Source of the DNA: a virus
Lineage: Duplodnaviria > Caudoviricetes
Virus record (IMG/VR): IMGVR_UViG_3300020413_000989
Location: 1 to 41,058 of that record
Reading direction: 5' to 3' (one strand)
Length of the DNA stretch: 41,058 nucleotides
Below, piece by piece: positions 36,908-41,058 of the stretch. The position numbers were made by a program, and so were the translations under genes. Positions within the stretch are counted from its first letter, which is position 1, and each line of letters begins with the position of its first letter. The notes under the pieces are model-generated. The model did no database searches and was not told where the DNA came from. It was given only the letters and a program-made list of their open reading frames with translations.

Positions 36908-37338
36908 TTAAAGTCCTGGTAGGCTTTTTGTAGTTCTTCTTTTATTGAAGGTGTTGCATCTTCTTGTTCTACTGCCATTGGATTGTCTCCAGGATATTCT
37001 TTTTTGTACATTTTTTTAGGACCGTTTGCACCGCCTGACAAATCTTTTGTCATGTACTTCGTGTCTTTGTATGTTGGATTAGGAGTTGTTGTTGCTTTGC
37101 CTGGAACTTCTTCAGTTGCTGAAACTTCTTCTGCTTCTGGCTTAGGCCCTTCAACTGGCGCTGGAGGAGTTACTCCTGCATTTTTAAAAATCTGTGCAAT
37201 AGCATTCATGTCTTCTGGTGTGTCACCATATAACATAACTTGCGATGCTTCTTTAACGTGTATTCTTTTCACGTCTTCTTTCATCTGCTCTTTGTTTTGA
37301 ATACTATCTACTTTTTTTAAAAAATCTCTTATGTCCAT
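36895..37338 (-). CDS. Acidic/Pro-rich putative head (core/internal) protein
   Basis: Start re-assigned to ATG 37338 (MDIRDFLKK), 5 nt after TAAATA. Contains GDNPMA and ends at a slippery A9 run. Confidence 0.7.
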   Translation of the reverse strand: MDIRDFLKKVDSIQNKEQMKEDVKRIHVKEASQVMLYGDTPEDMNAIAQIFKNAGVTPPAPVEGPKPEAEEVSATEEVPGKATTTPNPTYKDTKYMTKDLSGGANGPKKMYKKEYPGDNPMAVEQEDATPSIKEELQKAYQDFKKKD

Positions 37339-37342
37339 ATAA

Positions 37343-37939
37343 TTATTTACCTTTCGTCTTGCCAGAGATAGGTGAAGTTTTATTGCCATCATCTACTTTA
37401 GATGTTGCGCCACCGTCTTTTGGTGCTTTAATTTCTCCTATTGCATCTGGAGCCGATCTTTCTTTTCTCTCTTTTTCAAGTTCTTTAAGTAAATCCATTA
37501 CTCTACTATTGCCACCACTTTTTTGTTCGTCTTTGCTGTCTTCATATGCTGAATTTAATTTTGCTTCATATGGAGCATCTGATTTTTCTTCTTGATATTC
37601 TTCTTGTGGTTCATTTGGATTTCTTACAATCAAATGACTCTCTTGTATACCACAACAATTTTTAATGTATTGTTGTAATCCGTATGCTGTTGTTGGATAA
37701 CCCAATTCAACATCATAATATGTAACTTCCATGTTTTCTAATGCAGGAAAATCCAATGGTCTTTTTGTAATAGGTGTCTTTTTACCAGCACTTATTTTTT
37801 CAACAACAAATTTAGCCAATGCTGACTCCATAGCATCTACAGTTTCTTTAGATACCTCACCTGCTATACCTATTTTAAATGGGTATGTTTTTTTGCTTTC
37901 AGTTAATATTTGTTGTAATCTACTTGTCATCTTTGTCAT
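37343..37939 (-). CDS. Hypothetical phage structural protein
   Basis: LTESKKTY.FKI N-terminus; late-type ATAAATA at 37957-37963. Confidence 0.7.
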   Translation of the reverse strand: MTKMTSRLQQILTESKKTYPFKIGIAGEVSKETVDAMESALAKFVVEKISAGKKTPITKRPLDFPALENMEVTYYDVELGYPTTAYGLQQYIKNCCGIQESHLIVRNPNEPQEEYQEEKSDAPYEAKLNSAYEDSKDEQKSGGNSRVMDLLKELEKERKERSAPDAIGEIKAPKDGGATSKVDDGNKTSPISGKTKGK

Positions 37940-38471
37940 TGTTCCCGTCTTTGTTATATTTATCCAGGTTTTTAAGTTTCTCGATTAAACTATTGCGATC
38001 TGAAACCACATATCCCTCACCAGATATCACATTACTGTCCGCATCGCCCGATTTTTGGTCTTGTTTCTGCTTTTTTAGTTGTAATTCAACCATTTTAAGT
38101 TTCTTGTCCAATTTTGCAGTTTTAGCCTCTAAATTAGTCTTAAGCATCTGCCCTGCAACCTCAAATATACGTGCAGAGTATCTGCTTTCTACGTTCATAC
38201 CTAAATCCATTAAATCTTCATATGCAGTGCTGGCTCTATTTGAAATATCGTCTAATTCTGTATCGCCCATTTCACCCAGTCCATCTACCTTAGGCAATGC
38301 CGCCGCAATCTTGTCAAACTCAGCAATATCACGCATTGTGTCTTTTTGTGCTTGTATTGATTTGGCTTTTTGTTCTTGTTGTTTTTCTTGTGCTTCTGAC
38401 TTTGCTTGTTCTTCTTGCACTATTTCCTGAGATTCAGGCAAATTTAATAATTCTTCTAATTTTTTTGTCAT
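37920..38471 (-). CDS. Probable terminase small subunit (gp16-like)
   Basis: Helical core (DLMDLGMNVESRYSARIFEVAGQMLK) plus a C-terminal VVSDRNSLIEKL resembling gp16; close to TerL, with ATAAATA at 38486-38492. Confidence 0.55.
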   Translation of the reverse strand: MTKKLEELLNLPESQEIVQEEQAKSEAQEKQQEQKAKSIQAQKDTMRDIAEFDKIAAALPKVDGLGEMGDTELDDISNRASTAYEDLMDLGMNVESRYSARIFEVAGQMLKTNLEAKTAKLDKKLKMVELQLKKQKQDQKSGDADSNVISGEGYVVSDRNSLIEKLKNLDKYNKDGNNDKDDK

Positions 38472-38498
38472 AACTGTGATGGAAATATTTATTGGTTG

Positions 38499-38567
38499 TT
38501 ACCAAACGTATATGCCAAGATAGGCTGATATACCAATTACTATTATCCAAAAAACAATTTTGTCCAT
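38499..38567 (-). CDS. 22-aa hydrophobic micro-protein (MDKIVFWIIVIGISAYLGIYVW); not in the ORF track
   Basis: TAATG coupling to the upstream stop; the whole product is one transmembrane-like helix. Confidence 0.55.
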   Translation of the reverse strand: MDKIVFWIIVIGISAYLGIYVW

Positions 38568-38776
38568 TATTTTAATATAATCGCTTTGATTGATTTCTCG
38601 CCCATGTATATCTCTGTTTCGGCTTCGCCTTTCCAACATTGATATTTTACACTTGCACTGTATTGTCTCTCTGCCTGTCTTTTACCTCTAAGGCATTTTG
38701 CCATGTTTTCTTGGATACGATGTTCTTTAATCTCACCGTTTACAAACATTAATAAGGCTACAACTGATTCTATCAT
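38567..38776 (-). CDS. Small protein with hydrophobic N-terminus and two Cys
   Basis: ATGA overlap with the upstream gene; CL..KR...Y.C pattern. Confidence 0.7.
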   Translation of the reverse strand: MIESVVALLMFVNGEIKEHRIQENMAKCLRGKRQAERQYSASVKYQCWKGEAETEIYMGEKSIKAIILK

Positions 38777-38985
38777 ATCGTTTCGTTCCTTTCACAACCC
38801 ACTTCTAAATGTTCAACAATCAAAAAACCTTCTTCATCTGTTAACTGTTCTCTTGTTGTTGCTTCTTTAACAACAGCCGCCGCTAAACATTCTTCTTTTG
38901 TTTCAAATGTTCTTGGCGGGTCTTCGTACATTGTTTTACAATCTAATACTGTTGCAAAACAGATGATTGCAAACATCTCAAACAT
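38773..38985 (-). CDS. Small Cys-containing protein with hydrophobic N-terminus
   Basis: TAATG coupling; contains FETKEECL and four Cys. Confidence 0.65.
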   Translation of the reverse strand: MFEMFAIICFATVLDCKTMYEDPPRTFETKEECLAAAVVKEATTREQLTDEEGFLIVEHLEVGCERNETI

Positions 38986-39434
38986 TAATGACCGTTACCG
39001 TTTTTGTAAACAATTTCTCTGTCAGCATCTTTTAACTTTTCAATATTTTCTTGAGCCTTTTCTAATTGTTTTGTTAAGAACTCAATATTAATTTTATTGT
39101 TAGCCATGTCATCTAGATGCTGTTGCATTCTGTCCACTGATTTATAAAGATCCTCAATCAACATGAATTGTTCAATATCCTGTGAACTTTGACCTAATTC
39201 ACCTCTTGGATATTTTATTCTAAACTCTGTATTTTGTTTAACTTCGTTGTGTAGTCTCTCATCTTCAGCAGTCACGTCTTTTTCTATTAAAACTGTTTGC
39301 GTTTCTAACTTGTTCAGTCTTTCAATAACACCAAAATATGCCCATACACCAACTGCCACTGCTGACACAATGGCTATCAAGTTTTTCATTGGCATACTGA
39401 TTGCAGTTTGATCGCTTATATCTAGTCTTTTCAT
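38985..39434 (-). CDS. Membrane-anchored coiled-coil protein
   Basis: Transmembrane segment LIAIVSAVAVGVWAYFGVI followed by heptad-rich helices; ATAAATA 8 nt upstream. Confidence 0.75.
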   Translation of the reverse strand: MKRLDISDQTAISMPMKNLIAIVSAVAVGVWAYFGVIERLNKLETQTVLIEKDVTAEDERLHNEVKQNTEFRIKYPRGELGQSSQDIEQFMLIEDLYKSVDRMQQHLDDMANNKINIEFLTKQLEKAQENIEKLKDADREIVYKNGNGH

Positions 39435-39445
39435 AATATACGTAT

Positions 39446-39979
39446 TTATCTATACGCCACTGTATCTGACTTGAACATTTTGGTCTGGTAGCCAAGACTC
39501 TCTAAAAAGTGTGTACAATCGCTGGCTTCGTTGCGTTTGTTTTCAAACATCACTGTAGGCATACACCTTTTAAACGTATTTTCCGCTCCTTTGCATACCT
39601 GTAATTCAAAGTGTTCAACATCTATCTTTACAAAGTCAATATTTGTAAAATTGTAACTGTCTAAAGTTTTAATATCAACAGCAAAAGTTTTTACACCTTT
39701 TCCATACCTAGTTACACTGCCATGAGCGGCAAGATTCAAGCCATTATCAGGTAGAATAAGATTTCGTGTTTCCGTTTGATCACCCAGACCAACATTGTAT
39801 TTTTCTATAGATTCTGGAATCATTTTAAAAACTTCTGGATTAGGTTCAAAGGCAATAATTTTTTCAAAGTTATCGACAAAGGGTTTTGCTGTATCTCCGT
39901 CCAATGCTCCTATGTCTATGTATGTTCTGAAATTTTTAATGTAAGGCCAGGCCCATTCACGAATTTTTTTGGCACTCAT
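39446..39979 (-). CDS. FkbM-family methyltransferase
   Basis: IDIGALDG, AFEPNP, TLDS...IDFVKIDVEHFELQV.KGA. Confidence 0.9.
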   Translation of the reverse strand: MSAKKIREWAWPYIKNFRTYIDIGALDGDTAKPFVDNFEKIIAFEPNPEVFKMIPESIEKYNVGLGDQTETRNLILPDNGLNLAAHGSVTRYGKGVKTFAVDIKTLDSYNFTNIDFVKIDVEHFELQVCKGAENTFKRCMPTVMFENKRNEASDCTHFLESLGYQTKMFKSDTVAYR

Positions 39980-40413
39980 TACCTTCTTTTGCCTTGATGA
40001 AATAAATCTTTTTCGTTTACTATTCTAAAACGTAATCCTTTATTCTTACACCATGCTTGAGCACTTTGCCATTTTGCTTTGTTTACAATAAGTTGACCTT
40101 GATTCATTCTTCCTTTTGCTTTTTCAACTAAAGTTTGATTTTCAGGTTTTATTTCTATTACTTCTGCGTGTGGTCTTCCGTTTTTATCAACATATGCAAT
40201 AAAAAAATCAGGAATATAAATTGTGTATTGTCCTGTAAAAGGATGTCTATACGGAATTTTAATTGATTCACTTGCCCATTTGTTAATGCTAGGACTTTCA
40301 TCACAAAATTTCATAAATGCAAACTCCCAACTGCTTCTATACAAAGGAGTTCTACCGCCAACATATTTGTCAGGGTTTTTCATACTGAATCTACCTGATG
40401 CAAACTTCCCCAT
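39979..40413 (-). CDS. Head completion nuclease (T4 gp4-like, TnsA-like fold)
   Basis: G.F..KNP.KY.G, YRSSWE..FM..CD, WASE...IPY, YIPDF, EIKP and N.AKW..A..WC. Confidence 0.9.
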   Translation of the reverse strand: MGKFASGRFSMKNPDKYVGGRTPLYRSSWEFAFMKFCDESPSINKWASESIKIPYRHPFTGQYTIYIPDFFIAYVDKNGRPHAEVIEIKPENQTLVEKAKGRMNQGQLIVNKAKWQSAQAWCKNKGLRFRIVNEKDLFHQGKRR

Positions 40414-40416
40414 GGC

Positions 40417-40779
40417 TTATACCATTATGTTTCTTTTTTCAGATAAGTTTGTAGGTGATTCTACTTTATAACCAAGAGATGATGTTAATGATCTACTGTT
40501 GTTTAAAACTTCAGTGACTATGTAACTTAATTGTACTTTGTCTAAACCTTTTAGACTATCAAGTAATTCAAAAACTTTTATGTTGTCTATTTTTGCTTGT
40601 TTTAAAACTACTGCCGCTGTGTTAATACTTGAAGTTTTTTCAAAACCTCTAGATTCAAAAAATCCTACTACCGCATCAACGTCATTAGATGGAAAACTTA
40701 AAGGCTCATTGAAGTAATTGTCGAAGAAATCTTTTACTGGTGCTGAACTATCATTAGTTTGTTTTGGTAAACTTGTCAT
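40417..40779 (-). CDS. Hypothetical phage protein
   Basis: Clean ORF within the structural operon; contains GFFESRGF. Confidence 0.7.
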   Translation of the reverse strand: MTSLPKQTNDSSAPVKDFFDNYFNEPLSFPSNDVDAVVGFFESRGFEKTSSINTAAVVLKQAKIDNIKVFELLDSLKGLDKVQLSYIVTEVLNNSRSLTSSLGYKVESPTNLSEKRNIMV

Positions 40780-40782
40780 GTG

Positions 40783-41058
40783 TTAAACTCTCTTCTTTGC
40801 GAATGTTACTGCTTTCTTTAAACCTTTTCCAATGTTAGTTGCACTTCTACCTATAAATGTATTTGGTACTCCGTACGAACTATCTGCTGTGCCACCTATA
40901 CGTCCAATAGCACCTGTTAATATATTAAAACCTTCTTGACGTAATCCTTCTTTAGATAATTTTTTTGCATTTTTAATTCTATTGGCTGTTGTTATTATTG
41001 ATGCTAAAGTTATGCCTCTTCTACCTGCACCTAATTGACTTCCAATGTAAGTGTTTGG
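40783..41058 (-). CDS. C-terminal part of a gene truncated by the window end (Gly-rich, probably structural)
   Basis: 92 open codons translated by hand (PNTYIGSQLG...KKAVTFAKKRV*), stopping 3 nt before the next ATG. Confidence 0.7.
   Translation of the reverse strand, partial: PNTYIGSQLGAGRRGITLASIITTANRIKNAKKLSKEGLRQEGFNILTGAIGRIGGTADSSYGVPNTFIGRSATNIGKGLKKAVTFAKKRV

Noticed and set aside
39979-40413. TnsA-like transposase or homing endonuclease indicating a mobile element
   Set aside because: Motifs and context match the T4 gp4-type head-completion protein; no transposon ends or partner genes are present.
4070-40471. Numerous plus-strand ORFs (e.g. 4270-4632, 19066-19491, 37879-38430) and nested minus-strand ORFs (5803-6027, 35705-35947)
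   Set aside because: They lie within well-supported genes and have Ser/Phe/Leu-rich antisense-type composition. Only 10705-11070 occupies free space.

Overview
AT-rich, gene-dense segment of a large T4-like (myovirus-type) bacteriophage genome, probably environmental or marine; the host cannot be determined from this window. No rRNA, tRNA, CRISPR array or IS element was seen. Almost everything from 3.1 kb to the end is on the minus strand. Read right to left it encodes: a head/packaging block (gp4-like head-completion nuclease, probable small terminase, acidic head proteins, large terminase); a recombination block (gp32-like SSB, UvsX/RecA, UvsY); an ~11 kb glycan-synthesis island (GT25, GT8/GT-A, GT9-like and KpsS-like glycosyltransferases, methyltransferases, epimerase, cupin); a tightly coupled operon running from a UvsW helicase through a nitrilase, gp62-like protein and RpiB to a 188-aa mini-DnaE; then primase, an N-domain-only carbamoyltransferase, a DnaB/gp41 helicase and a second, 543-aa PHP-less DnaE. 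The first 3 kb is a convergent plus-strand cassette (class III aminotransferase, 2OG-Fe(II) oxygenase, amidinotransferase). The most notable points are two differently truncated family-C polymerases, a start-less ORF reachable by -1 slippage on an A9 run, twin GCGAAGC mini-hairpins at the strand switch, two promoter classes positioned for leaderless mRNAs, and a half carbamoyltransferase inside the primosome genes. All functional calls come from reading motifs by eye, not from database searches.
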